A DNA stretch of 64,000 bases from a virus. The notes beneath the pieces were generated by a model. That model searched no databases, was not told where the DNA came from, and saw nothing but the letters and a program-made list of their open reading frames with translations. Position numbers and translations under genes: made by a program. Of this stretch, positions 44,107 through 52,499 are shown piece after piece. The first letter of the stretch is position 1. Every line of letters starts with the position of its first letter. The stretch covers positions 96,001 to 160,000 of IMG/VR virus record IMGVR_UViG_3300044611_002466, one strand, 5' to 3'.

Positions 44107-44445
44107 CTACTTCTCCGCGGTGACCGAGCTCTGCTGCTCGGGTAGCTTGATCTTTCCGTTGACGAACGCATCTGCCAGGGTCTTGACCCAGCCGCGCCCC
44201 GTGAACTCGCCCCACACACCCAGGCGCCTCGTCTTCCAGTGGACGCCCTCGCGCCACCAGAGCTTGACGAACCCATCAGCTCTGGTGAGTCGGAACGTGC
44301 GCACCGTCTCCGCAGACCCTGGAATAGCCTGGATTCCGCCGCCGATGGCGCTGGGGTCCGTGTACCACCGGACACCCGGGATGGTGGAGGCGGCTCCGCA
44401 TGCGTTGAGGAGCTCGCAGAGCTGTACCTGCTGTAGGGGGGTCAT
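44107..44445 (-). CDS. Hypothetical protein
   Basis: ATGA-coupled. Confidence 0.5.
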   Translation of the reverse strand: MTPLQQVQLCELLNACGAASTIPGVRWYTDPSAIGGGIQAIPGSAETVRTFRLTRADGFVKLWWREGVHWKTRRLGVWGEFTGRGWVKTLADAFVNGKIKLPEQQSSVTAEK

Positions 44446-44460
44446 TCGGATCTCGATGCC

Positions 44461-44883
44461 TCAGATTCGGGGGTTGGCATCAGCTTCTTCCCTCGCGCTG
44501 GCCCACGCGACCTCGTTCGGGGTGCCGGGCGCAGTCTCGTCCGCCGGAAGCTGGATGGGATGGCACTTTCGATCGACGAGGATGTCCTCGTTGAAGTAGT
44601 CCCCGGTACTGTCGGGGAGCTCGAGATTCCAGGACGCCTCGCACGAGCGGTCGCTACAGGACGCCCCTTCAGCGGAGCGGTTGTGTACGATGGTGCCGCT
44701 CTTGCAACGCGGACAGAGGGCTTCGTCCTCCGGAAGAACGGCGTACAGCGGCTCCATCCACACCTTGGGCACGCAGTCGCATGCGTGGGTGCGCTCACTG
44801 TTGTCGTAGAGCCACACCATGCCATCGACCTCGACGACGAAGAACTCGTAGGGCACCTCCCTGGGCGCATTGAGCCTGCCCAT
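44461..44883 (-). CDS. Hypothetical protein with Zn-ribbon insert
   Basis: CPRCKSG..CSDRSC; GGAGGAG RBS. Confidence 0.55.
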   Translation of the reverse strand: MGRLNAPREVPYEFFVVEVDGMVWLYDNSERTHACDCVPKVWMEPLYAVLPEDEALCPRCKSGTIVHNRSAEGASCSDRSCEASWNLELPDSTGDYFNEDILVDRKCHPIQLPADETAPGTPNEVAWASAREEADANPRI

Positions 44884-45164
44884 CACTCCTCCTTCGCGGG
44901 AAGCACTTCCAGGAAGCGCGCCTTGGTCCTGTCCGTGCCGCCTCCGTAGCGGACCCGACCTCCGCACTTCACCACGACACAGCACACGGGGTCATTGTCC
45001 AGAACACCGACGCCTTCGTTCTCGTCGCCCTCCTCTACTTTGACCCACATGGACTCCCCAGAGACGGGACTGCCTTTGGGTACGGGGAAGCTGATGACCT
45101 TCACGTACGTCGTCTTCCCGGCGCTATCGACGTACTTGTACGGGGGATTGCCTACTGGGATCAT
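44883..45164 (-). CDS. Hypothetical protein (DUF2314-like ESMWV motif)
   Basis: GESMWVKVEEGD..GVLDNDPV. Confidence 0.5.
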   Translation of the reverse strand: MIPVGNPPYKYVDSAGKTTYVKVISFPVPKGSPVSGESMWVKVEEGDENEGVGVLDNDPVCCVVVKCGGRVRYGGGTDRTKARFLEVLPAKEE

Positions 45165-45175
45165 GGGGGGATTCC

Positions 45176-46543
45176 TCACAGTTTTGGGTTGACACACTCG
45201 TCGTGTGTCTTGTTGGTGCGGATGCCGAGCACCCGCGGGTAGGTGAGGGCGTTGGTCTTCTCGTCCTCAGACTTGTAGGTGCGCGCCGTGTACTCCACCT
45301 GGAGCACCAGCGGATAGTCCGTCGGTCGAGAGTACTTTTCGCGGAAGGTGTCGTCGATGCCTCCACCGCACTCGCAGATGTAGACGAGCTCGCCCTGCGC
45401 GCTGTACTGGTAGAGGCTGACCGAGCCGACCATGCCCCGGTTGTTCCCGGCACCCCACTTCCCGGCGTGTCCGAGGCCAAGGCTGTTGTCGGGGTCGAAT
45501 CTCGCGACGAAGTCGTCCTCGTACGCAGGCTTCAGCTTTCCGCAGAAGCGGCCCGGTCGGTCGGTCTTGCCGCGGAAGTTGTAGGCCTTATCGCCGTAGA
45601 CACCCTCGGCGTCGACGACGACCCAGCCCTCCCACCCTTTCATCTTGGACACAGCCTTGGCGAACTCTACGTCATCCTGGATGGCCTCCGCGGGGATGCC
45701 CACGAAGTCGAGCCGCAGCTGAGAGATCTCCCACGCCTCCACGGGGAGAAACCAGCTGCTGCAGTAACGGTCCTCCCAGGCCCCGAAGACGTCCCAGATG
45801 ATCCCGTAGCGCTCCCCGACGGGCACCGTGCTCACCAAGTCGACCCCGCCCCAGAACGGTACATCCCAGACGTAGAGGAAAGGCGCAGGCATTCCGATCG
45901 CCTCGGGCGTGAGGCTCTTCATGAACGACGCGATGCTCCAGCGCGTGTCGTCCTTCTGGTCTCCAACGAGATCGCCCAGGAGGATCGAGCAGTTCGGAAC
46001 ATCCGTGCGGCGCTCGAGCTCCCGAACCAGCGACATCAGGCGGTCGCGCCACTCGAACCGCCCGACCTCGAGATGGTGACCGCGCAACATCGTCCGGGAG
46101 TAGACGTCGACGATCCCGTCGGGGCCCTTCACGAAGACGAGGCACTCTCCGTCCCGCTTGCGTCCCAGCCAGGCAGTCCGGAGCTCGATCTTCTTCAGCA
46201 GCGCCGTGCTGAGGGAGTTGTCCGGCTTGTAGAAGCGGAGGTTGACCGGCAACGCGGCGTTCCAGTCGATGCAGGTGGCGCGCTCCGAGCCCTCTTCGGT
46301 GTAGCCCGCGCGCGTCTTCTTCAGGATCGCGCGCCCGGCTTCGTACAGCGCGTCCTCCTCGGGGGTGACCTCGTTGGAGCGGCCGCGGTTCTTCCCGACT
46401 CCGAGGTCAACGACAGTCTGCAGCTTCCCGCCCTCCTCGCCGTAGGAGGATCGGATCTCGGCCCCCACGACCTCGATGGTCCAGATGTGGGTCTTACCTG
46501 TTCGCGCTCTCTGGCGGAACTCTCGCTTCTTCACGTTGCACAC
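45176..46543 (-). CDS. lig: ATP-dependent DNA ligase with N-terminal WGR-like domain
   Basis: Motif I RKRDG; ILLGDLV; LYVWDV; GWEGWVV; GKLKP; OB fold ..VLQVEY..LTYPRVLGIRTNK; N-terminal WTIEV..SYGEEGGK..KNRGRSNE..KKTRAGY. Confidence 0.9.
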   Translation of the reverse strand: MCNVKKREFRQRARTGKTHIWTIEVVGAEIRSSYGEEGGKLQTVVDLGVGKNRGRSNEVTPEEDALYEAGRAILKKTRAGYTEEGSERATCIDWNAALPVNLRFYKPDNSLSTALLKKIELRTAWLGRKRDGECLVFVKGPDGIVDVYSRTMLRGHHLEVGRFEWRDRLMSLVRELERRTDVPNCSILLGDLVGDQKDDTRWSIASFMKSLTPEAIGMPAPFLYVWDVPFWGGVDLVSTVPVGERYGIIWDVFGAWEDRYCSSWFLPVEAWEISQLRLDFVGIPAEAIQDDVEFAKAVSKMKGWEGWVVVDAEGVYGDKAYNFRGKTDRPGRFCGKLKPAYEDDFVARFDPDNSLGLGHAGKWGAGNNRGMVGSVSLYQYSAQGELVYICECGGGIDDTFREKYSRPTDYPLVLQVEYTARTYKSEDEKTNALTYPRVLGIRTNKTHDECVNPKL

Positions 46544-46546
46544 TCC

Positions 46547-46555
46547 GTACTCACA
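46547..46555 (-). promoter_or_regulatory. TGTGAGTAC box upstream of the ligase gene
   Basis: Reverse complement GTACTCACA lies 4 nt from the annotated GTG start. Confidence 0.5.
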
Positions 46556-46661
46556 AGGATAGTTGATCGCATGCCCATCACCGTCTCAGGCCCCGGCCCG
46601 TCCGACATCCCCGCCATGAAGGTCGCCGTCGAGCAGGAGCTCGTGGACTTCGAGGCATTCT

Positions 46662-47132
46662 TCATGCGCCCTGTTTCCGGCGGCGGCGCGGGGAACTTGG
46701 ACCCGCTCCTTCCGTTGGAGAAGGCCCTGCTGCGGACCTACCTCCTTGCGCGGCTTTCAGGGAGATTTTCTCCCCCAGAGGGGAGCTGAACATCTGCTCC
46801 CGTAGACGCACCAGCTCTCCTGGCGCCCCGCGAACTGGGAGCGGAACTGTGCGTAGGACTCGCGCCTCGGAGTAGGTACCGATCCGCGTGGAGCTGACGA
46901 CCCCCGTACGACGGCCTGCTGCGTCGACGCGCCAGACGGCGTGAGACGCGCTGTAGTGCTCCAGCTCCGGCACCCACGTCATGTAGACGCCGCTCACGGT
47001 AGCGTCTTCCACCTCGGCGAAGCTCAGCGCCCAGAAGTCCACCGGGCCTGCCCCGCACTCCGGACACTGGTGTACTCCTGTCGCAATCTGTACCATGTGG
47101 TGGGAAGACACAACAGGACAATGGATCGGCAC
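46662..47132 (-). CDS. Hypothetical protein (CPECG)
   Basis: Operon orientation; box at 47213 upstream. Confidence 0.5.
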   Translation of the reverse strand: MPIHCPVVSSHHMVQIATGVHQCPECGAGPVDFWALSFAEVEDATVSGVYMTWVPELEHYSASHAVWRVDAAGRRTGVVSSTRIGTYSEARVLRTVPLPVRGAPGELVRLREQMFSSPLGEKISLKAAQGGRSAAGPSPTEGAGPSSPRRRRKQGA

Positions 47133-47252
47133 GTGTATTCCCCACTAAGAAGGAGGCCTCGCGAACTTCGTAGGTCCGCCAAAGAGGCCGATGATACCGC
47201 GGTCTCAGAGTCCTTATGCGGCATTTTCGAGCACAGTTAAAGGGCCGCCCCC

Positions 47253-47615
47253 TCAAGAGGAGGCAGCCGCCGTCTGGTTGTATATCTGTGCAAGGAGCGC
47301 ATACGCCCCCGCGTTGTCCCCGCGTTCCAGCGCCTCGCTCACCATGTCTACCTGGGCGTCGGTGGCCAGGTAGACGCTGTCGCCGATGGTGACGGCGCGG
47401 AAGGGCGAGACGCCCTCCGCCCCAAACCGGGCGGTCACCACCGCTGCGACTCGTTCTGGACACCCCGGCGACTGCGCCACGTATCCCATTAGTTTGGCCA
47501 TCTCCCTCATCTTCTTTCGCCGCTCGACGGCCCAGCCGGCGGCCACGAGGACCGACTGGACAGCTGCTGCGGCGGGAAGCGCCGCCAGGACAACGAACAC
47601 CATGCGCACCTCCAA
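47253..47615 (-). CDS. Membrane-anchored hypothetical protein
   Basis: N-terminal hydrophobic helix; box at 47620 and GGAGGTG RBS suggest a start at ATG 47603. Confidence 0.55.
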   Translation of the reverse strand: MEVRMVFVVLAALPAAAAVQSVLVAAGWAVERRKKMREMAKLMGYVAQSPGCPERVAAVVTARFGAEGVSPFRAVTIGDSVYLATDAQVDMVSEALERGDNAGAYALLAQIYNQTAAASS

Positions 47616-47668
47616 CCTACTTATGACCCGGAAGGGCGCCCTCTTGCGCGGGCTGCTATGCTACCGGC

Positions 47669-50600
47669 ATGCTGGTGTACCCCGGTCAGATGCAGGGAGG
47701 TCCTGGAGGGCAGATGCCTGGCGCGGTGCCTGTGCCGGGTCCGTCGGTCTACCCCCCGCAGTTCACCTACGGCATCCCGCAGGGCTACGGAGGGGGTGCC
47801 GGAGCAGCGATGGCGTCGGGCATGGCCGCAGGCGTCGGAAGCCTTCCCTCGGCGCTGAGCACCGTCGGTATGGCAGCCGGTGTCGGCTCCTTCTTCGCGC
47901 CTTCCCCGATGATGCGGGGGTTGTCGTTTCTCGACCCCACGGCGGCGGGCTTCGAGGCCGCGTCGGCGCGCTTCGCGGCCTCGCGGGCGGCCGGGGCCGG
48001 GATGGGGTCAGCCCTCGGGTCTGGCATGATGACGGGCCTTCCCGTGATGGCAGCCGGCATGGCTGCCTTCGAGGGCATGCGGTACACCGGCCAGCAGTTC
48101 ATGACGGGGGCTCGTGAGCAGCAGATGCTGGGCGCTCAGCTGAGCGGCATCGGCTTCGCCAACGCCGGGTCCGCAAGCGGGCGTGGCTTCGGGTTTGGAC
48201 AGCAGCGTCAGATCGGCCAGATGATGCGTGAGATCGACGCGGCCGACCCGTTCACCACGATGCGGGACCTGAGCAAGTCCATGGACCAGTTCACGGGTCT
48301 GGGGATGCACCGCGGCATCGAGGACGCGAAGGAGTTCGCCAAGAAGTTCTCCGAGTTCGCCAAGACGACGAAGGAGATGGCCAAGATCATGGGGAAGACC
48401 CAGGAGGAGGCCGGGGCCATCTTCGGGCAGATGCGTACCGCCGGGTTCTACACGGCCAACGACGTGATGGGGAACACCCGCTCGATGAACGTCGCGCGGG
48501 GCATGGGCATGGAAGAGCAGATGTTCCACGCCATGCAGGGCCAGGGGGCCGGCACTGCACGGGCCCAGGGTATGCGCGGCAGGGCCGGGGCGGTCACGTC
48601 GTCCCGCTTCGCCTCCGACCTCATGCTTGGTGCCGCAAGTCGCTCCTCCGGGGGCGTTGGCGCCTTCTCCGACGCGGAGCTCATGGACATCACGGGCGCC
48701 GGGACGGGCGCCGACGCCGCGGCCCAGCTGGGCACCCAGATGTCCGCCATGATGGGCAACTTCCTGACGAACACGGCGGCGGGTCGAGGGTTCACCTCCG
48801 TGCTTGGGGAGAAGCGCGGCGGGCGTTACACCGGGGGCGTGGACCAGGAGATGCTCGCCAAGATGGGTGGCGGAGGGGTCGCCTTCCACGACCTTGCCGG
48901 CCTGGGCGGTGCGAAGATGGGGGACGCCGCTGGGCGGGCATCCTTCGTTGCCGGGCAGAACAAGATCGCGTCCTCCATCATGGAGAGCGACGGCGGTATC
49001 GACGCCCTCCTGCGTGCCGTTGAGGGGGAGGCTGATCGCTGGGGCAGACAGAACGGTGTCCTCGAGGACGACCGGTTCTCGGTCTTCACGAAGAAGGTCC
49101 TGGGCGACGACGAGCGAGTGCTCGAGAAGCTCAAGGAGATGCAGAAGCACAAGCTGGAGCTGCGAACCGCCCAGCTTCGCAAGATGCGTGAGGAGAACGC
49201 GGCCGCGGCCTACGCTGTGGACATGCAGCAGAACTACACCGTCGGAGGTGTGGCCCGGCAAGCGGGGGAGGGCCTCTACAACCTCACCGGGATGCAGAGC
49301 GTCCGCCAAGCCGGCGCCGGCCTCGTCTCCTCCATGCAGGAGAGCGGGCAGAGCGCGTGGGACACCTTCACCGGGACGGAGCGCCTGAACATCTCGGACG
49401 CCAGCTCGAGGCAGAGCCTACTGCGCCTGGCGTCTGGGAGGGGCGGCGGAGCTGGCCTCGGTACGGCTGCATCGGCGAGCGACTTCAGGAGCGGCACCGC
49501 CGCGGCGCAGAGCAGGGGACTTGGCGACGCCGGAGTGGCGCGCGAACTCGGGATTCAGCAGGCGCTCGCCGGGACCGGCCGCTACGACCAGAGCAACGAG
49601 AACTGGGGGAACGGGGAAGGGGCCGCGCTCGATGCGTTCATGAGCACAGCCGCGGGGGCCACGGCGGCGCAGCACATCATGTCCGCGCGAGCCCTGCGGG
49701 CCGCGGGGGACACCGCGGGGGCAGAGGAGGCTCTCGGACGTGCGAGCGCGCTGATCGAGTCCGACCCGGCGCTGCGAGCTGGCTCCATCACGCGCCAGTC
49801 TTCCATGATTGACGGCCCGGACATCAGCCAAGCCAACACGGGACGCCGGGACAAGATCCTGGCGGCCGCGATGTCGCGTGCGGGGGACGGCACGGGGGCC
49901 GCACGTCTTCGCAGCAAAGGAGGGGTCAAGTCCCACGCATACGGCGACCTGAAGAGTGCGCGGGAGGCGGCCGAGGGAGCCTGGGGACCTGGGTCCGTGT
50001 TCGGCAGCGATCTGGAGCGCGCCAAGAAGGCTCTCGCCACCGGTGGCGTCGGGTCGGACTTGTTCATCGCGATGACTCAGGACACCGCCCTCCAGAAGAG
50101 CGGCAGTGCTCACCAAGGGCTGCGTGTGCTGGCCGACTCGATGAAGGAGGAGCTGCGCGACGTGGAGGAGGGCTCCGACCAGTACTACGACATCCTGGCG
50201 CGCGGGGCACACGACAGATTCGGCGGCACCTACTCCAGAGAGTCGGTGAAGGCGGTCGCCGGAGTAGAGGCCGAAGAGTCGAAGTTCTACGACAAGAAGT
50301 ACTTCGCATCTGGCGGCTCACAGTCTGCCGCGGCCCGCAAGGAGCAGTCCGAGCTCTACGCGAAGGCCGGGCTGGCTGCCAAGGACTACCAGGACTACGC
50401 GATCAGCTCCACCTCCGCACGTGGGCTGTCCGGCGTGCTCGGCGGAGCGCCGGCGGAGATCAAACAGGCACTGGGCGCGGACTTCGACAAGGCGCTCGCC
50501 TCGATGGACCGCCTGAGTCGCGGAGGCGGGACCGCGAACTCCCAGGCCGCGTTCGACGACCTATCGCAGTTGATCACGGCGGTCGGCGGAAAGGACCTCA

Positions 50601-51001
50601 GCGGGATGGCGGGAGGGAAGGAGCTCATGCTCCTCGCCCAGCGCAAGAAGTCCGGGCTCACGGCGGCCGCTACGGGTAGCCTCGAGGCCACAGCCACCGC
50701 GATGGGCGTGAGCGTTGAAGATCTGCAGGCGGTCACAGGCAACAAGGGCCCGCTCAGCAACGAAGACCTCGTCAAGGCGGTCAATCAGATGAGCGGAGTA
50801 CAGGCAGCAGAGGCACTCGGGTCTTCCCAGGGCGGAGGGATCTTCCGCAGGGGCGAGACGGTCGAGGCGCAGATGCTGATGAACCTGGAGTCCCTCGCCA
50901 AGACCGTGAAGCAGGGGTCAGAGAACACGGCGATCCTCGCCTTCAACATCAAGGAAGGCAAGGGACTCAGCATCCCGCCTGGCTGGACGGCAACGCAATG
51001 A
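47669..51001 (+). CDS. Tail tape measure protein (putative)
   Basis: 1110 aa, A/G/M/S-rich helical protein with a Gly-rich N-terminus, directly upstream of tail/baseplate genes. Confidence 0.7.
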   Translation: MLVYPGQMQGGPGGQMPGAVPVPGPSVYPPQFTYGIPQGYGGGAGAAMASGMAAGVGSLPSALSTVGMAAGVGSFFAPSPMMRGLSFLDPTAAGFEAASARFAASRAAGAGMGSALGSGMMTGLPVMAAGMAAFEGMRYTGQQFMTGAREQQMLGAQLSGIGFANAGSASGRGFGFGQQRQIGQMMREIDAADPFTTMRDLSKSMDQFTGLGMHRGIEDAKEFAKKFSEFAKTTKEMAKIMGKTQEEAGAIFGQMRTAGFYTANDVMGNTRSMNVARGMGMEEQMFHAMQGQGAGTARAQGMRGRAGAVTSSRFASDLMLGAASRSSGGVGAFSDAELMDITGAGTGADAAAQLGTQMSAMMGNFLTNTAAGRGFTSVLGEKRGGRYTGGVDQEMLAKMGGGGVAFHDLAGLGGAKMGDAAGRASFVAGQNKIASSIMESDGGIDALLRAVEGEADRWGRQNGVLEDDRFSVFTKKVLGDDERVLEKLKEMQKHKLELRTAQLRKMREENAAAAYAVDMQQNYTVGGVARQAGEGLYNLTGMQSVRQAGAGLVSSMQESGQSAWDTFTGTERLNISDASSRQSLLRLASGRGGGAGLGTAASASDFRSGTAAAQSRGLGDAGVARELGIQQALAGTGRYDQSNENWGNGEGAALDAFMSTAAGATAAQHIMSARALRAAGDTAGAEEALGRASALIESDPALRAGSITRQSSMIDGPDISQANTGRRDKILAAAMSRAGDGTGAARLRSKGGVKSHAYGDLKSAREAAEGAWGPGSVFGSDLERAKKALATGGVGSDLFIAMTQDTALQKSGSAHQGLRVLADSMKEELRDVEEGSDQYYDILARGAHDRFGGTYSRESVKAVAGVEAEESKFYDKKYFASGGSQSAAARKEQSELYAKAGLAAKDYQDYAISSTSARGLSGVLGGAPAEIKQALGADFDKALASMDRLSRGGGTANSQAAFDDLSQLITAVGGKDLSGMAGGKELMLLAQRKKSGLTAAATGSLEATATAMGVSVEDLQAVTGNKGPLSNEDLVKAVNQMSGVQAAEALGSSQGGGIFRRGETVEAQMLMNLESLAKTVKQGSENTAILAFNIKEGKGLSIPPGWTATQ

Positions 51002-51210
51002 ACCGCCGAGAGGTCTCCTTCACCATCCAGACTGAGGGCGGTCCCAAGACCGTCACGGTGCTCAGCGCGGTCTCGGTGGACGACGTGACGCGGGTCGCCC
51101 TCGGCAGCTACGTGCACGGCGTGCGGAACGGCGCCGAGTACGCCACCCCCTTCACGCGAGACATCCGGGACCTGCTGGTACGCACCCGTGTCGCGCAGCG
51201 GAGCTCCTGA
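50998..51210 (+). CDS. Small hypothetical protein in the tail module
   Basis: ATGA and TGATG coupling. Confidence 0.55.
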   Translation: MNRREVSFTIQTEGGPKTVTVLSAVSVDDVTRVALGSYVHGVRNGAEYATPFTRDIRDLLVRTRVAQRSS

Positions 51211-52499
51211 TGGCCGACATCCAGGGGGCTGGGGCACCGGTGGCCGTGCTGATCGAGACCGACCTCTCCGTCGTGGCGGCCTCCAAGAGCCCCACGCTGA
51301 ACGAGAGCACCACCGGCGCGGCCGGGCAGCAGCGGATGGTCCGGCGCCCTATGCGCGGGATTCAGCTCAAGTCGGAGACGTTCGCGACGCTGGCCCTGTC
51401 CTCGTCGGTCCTCAACTTGAAGAACTCGAGCGCCCCCTCCACCGGGGCCAGCTTCACGTCCAACTTCCTCCTTCAGTCCGTCTCAGAAGGCCGGCAGGAG
51501 AAGTTCCAGACCGTCCCCACCTTCGGCGCCACGTACGGGTTCTTCTACGGAGAGCAGCCGCGTATCGTCTCCTGCCAGGCGATCCTCCTCAACACCGCGG
51601 ACTTCCAGTGGGAGGCTGAGTGGTGGGAGAACTACGACCAGTACTTGCGCGGGACACGTCTGGTGGATCGAGGGATGACCGTGACCCTGACGTATGAAGA
51701 CGTGGTGCTCGAGGGGTACCTCGTGAGCGCCAGCGTCTCGAAGGGGGAGCCCAACCCCTGGGCCGTGAACCTCTCCTTCAACATGTGGGTGACGCGGGTC
51801 ACGTACCTGATCTCGCCGGTGGGAGCCGGGAACATCGACCCGATTCACCTGCGTGCGACGCAGACCCAGTACGACGAGTTCGAGTCCAGCGAGGGGCTCG
51901 GCAGCGCGCCTTCCATGTTGGCGGAGGTCCGCGCCCGGAACATCGCGTCGCTCGCCTCAGGGGAGGCCACGGGGCTCCTCGGGGCCCTGGCTCGTGCAGC
52001 GCACGCGGTACAAGAGCTCTCCGATAGGGTGAGCACCGCTGTGGACAACGCGCTGGACTGGCTCTACGGCCGGAACATGGTCATCCCGGTGGGGTTCGCC
52101 ACGTCGGACGACCAGCCCGGCGTCGCCATGATGGCAGACGGGTCGGGAATGGTGCTGCTGCCCAACGGACTCACCGCGGGCACCGCGACCATCCGGGCTC
52201 CCATACGCGTCGCCCCGCTGGTTCAGGTGGTGGGCGACTTCAACTACTTCGACCACAACGTCGACGAGTACCCGGCTCGGTTCCAGGCAGGGGTGCAGTT
52301 GCTCGACATCTCCGTGATGGAATCAGCAGATCCGGCCATTGCCTTCGCGGAGAAGATGTTCAAGAACTTCGGCATCGACGTCAGCAATGACGAGGGACAG
52401 CAGACGAGTGCCGTGATGCAGGCCCTCGGGCGCGTCACCTTCGCTGCGATCTCCTACACCGCCACAGTGATTACGTCGTCCGACACGGAAGGCACATGA
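51210..52499 (+). CDS. Tail tube-fold/baseplate initiator-like protein (putative)
   Basis: Beta-rich N-domain FLLQSVSE..EKFQ..TFG..FFYGEQPR..LEGYLVS..LSFNMWV; position after the tape measure gene. Confidence 0.45.
   Translation: MADIQGAGAPVAVLIETDLSVVAASKSPTLNESTTGAAGQQRMVRRPMRGIQLKSETFATLALSSSVLNLKNSSAPSTGASFTSNFLLQSVSEGRQEKFQTVPTFGATYGFFYGEQPRIVSCQAILLNTADFQWEAEWWENYDQYLRGTRLVDRGMTVTLTYEDVVLEGYLVSASVSKGEPNPWAVNLSFNMWVTRVTYLISPVGAGNIDPIHLRATQTQYDEFESSEGLGSAPSMLAEVRARNIASLASGEATGLLGALARAAHAVQELSDRVSTAVDNALDWLYGRNMVIPVGFATSDDQPGVAMMADGSGMVLLPNGLTAGTATIRAPIRVAPLVQVVGDFNYFDHNVDEYPARFQAGVQLLDISVMESADPAIAFAEKMFKNFGIDVSNDEGQQTSAVMQALGRVTFAAISYTATVITSSDTEGT

Noticed and set aside
45176-46543. Intein or intron in the ligase (or in gyrB)
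   Set aside because: Motif spacing is normal; no C/S...HN splice motifs or LAGLIDADG insert seen.
46571-46789. 72-aa plus-strand ORF (MPITVSGPG..) upstream of the ligase
   Set aside because: Overlaps a minus-strand ORF and has no clear SD; may be real but cannot be supported.
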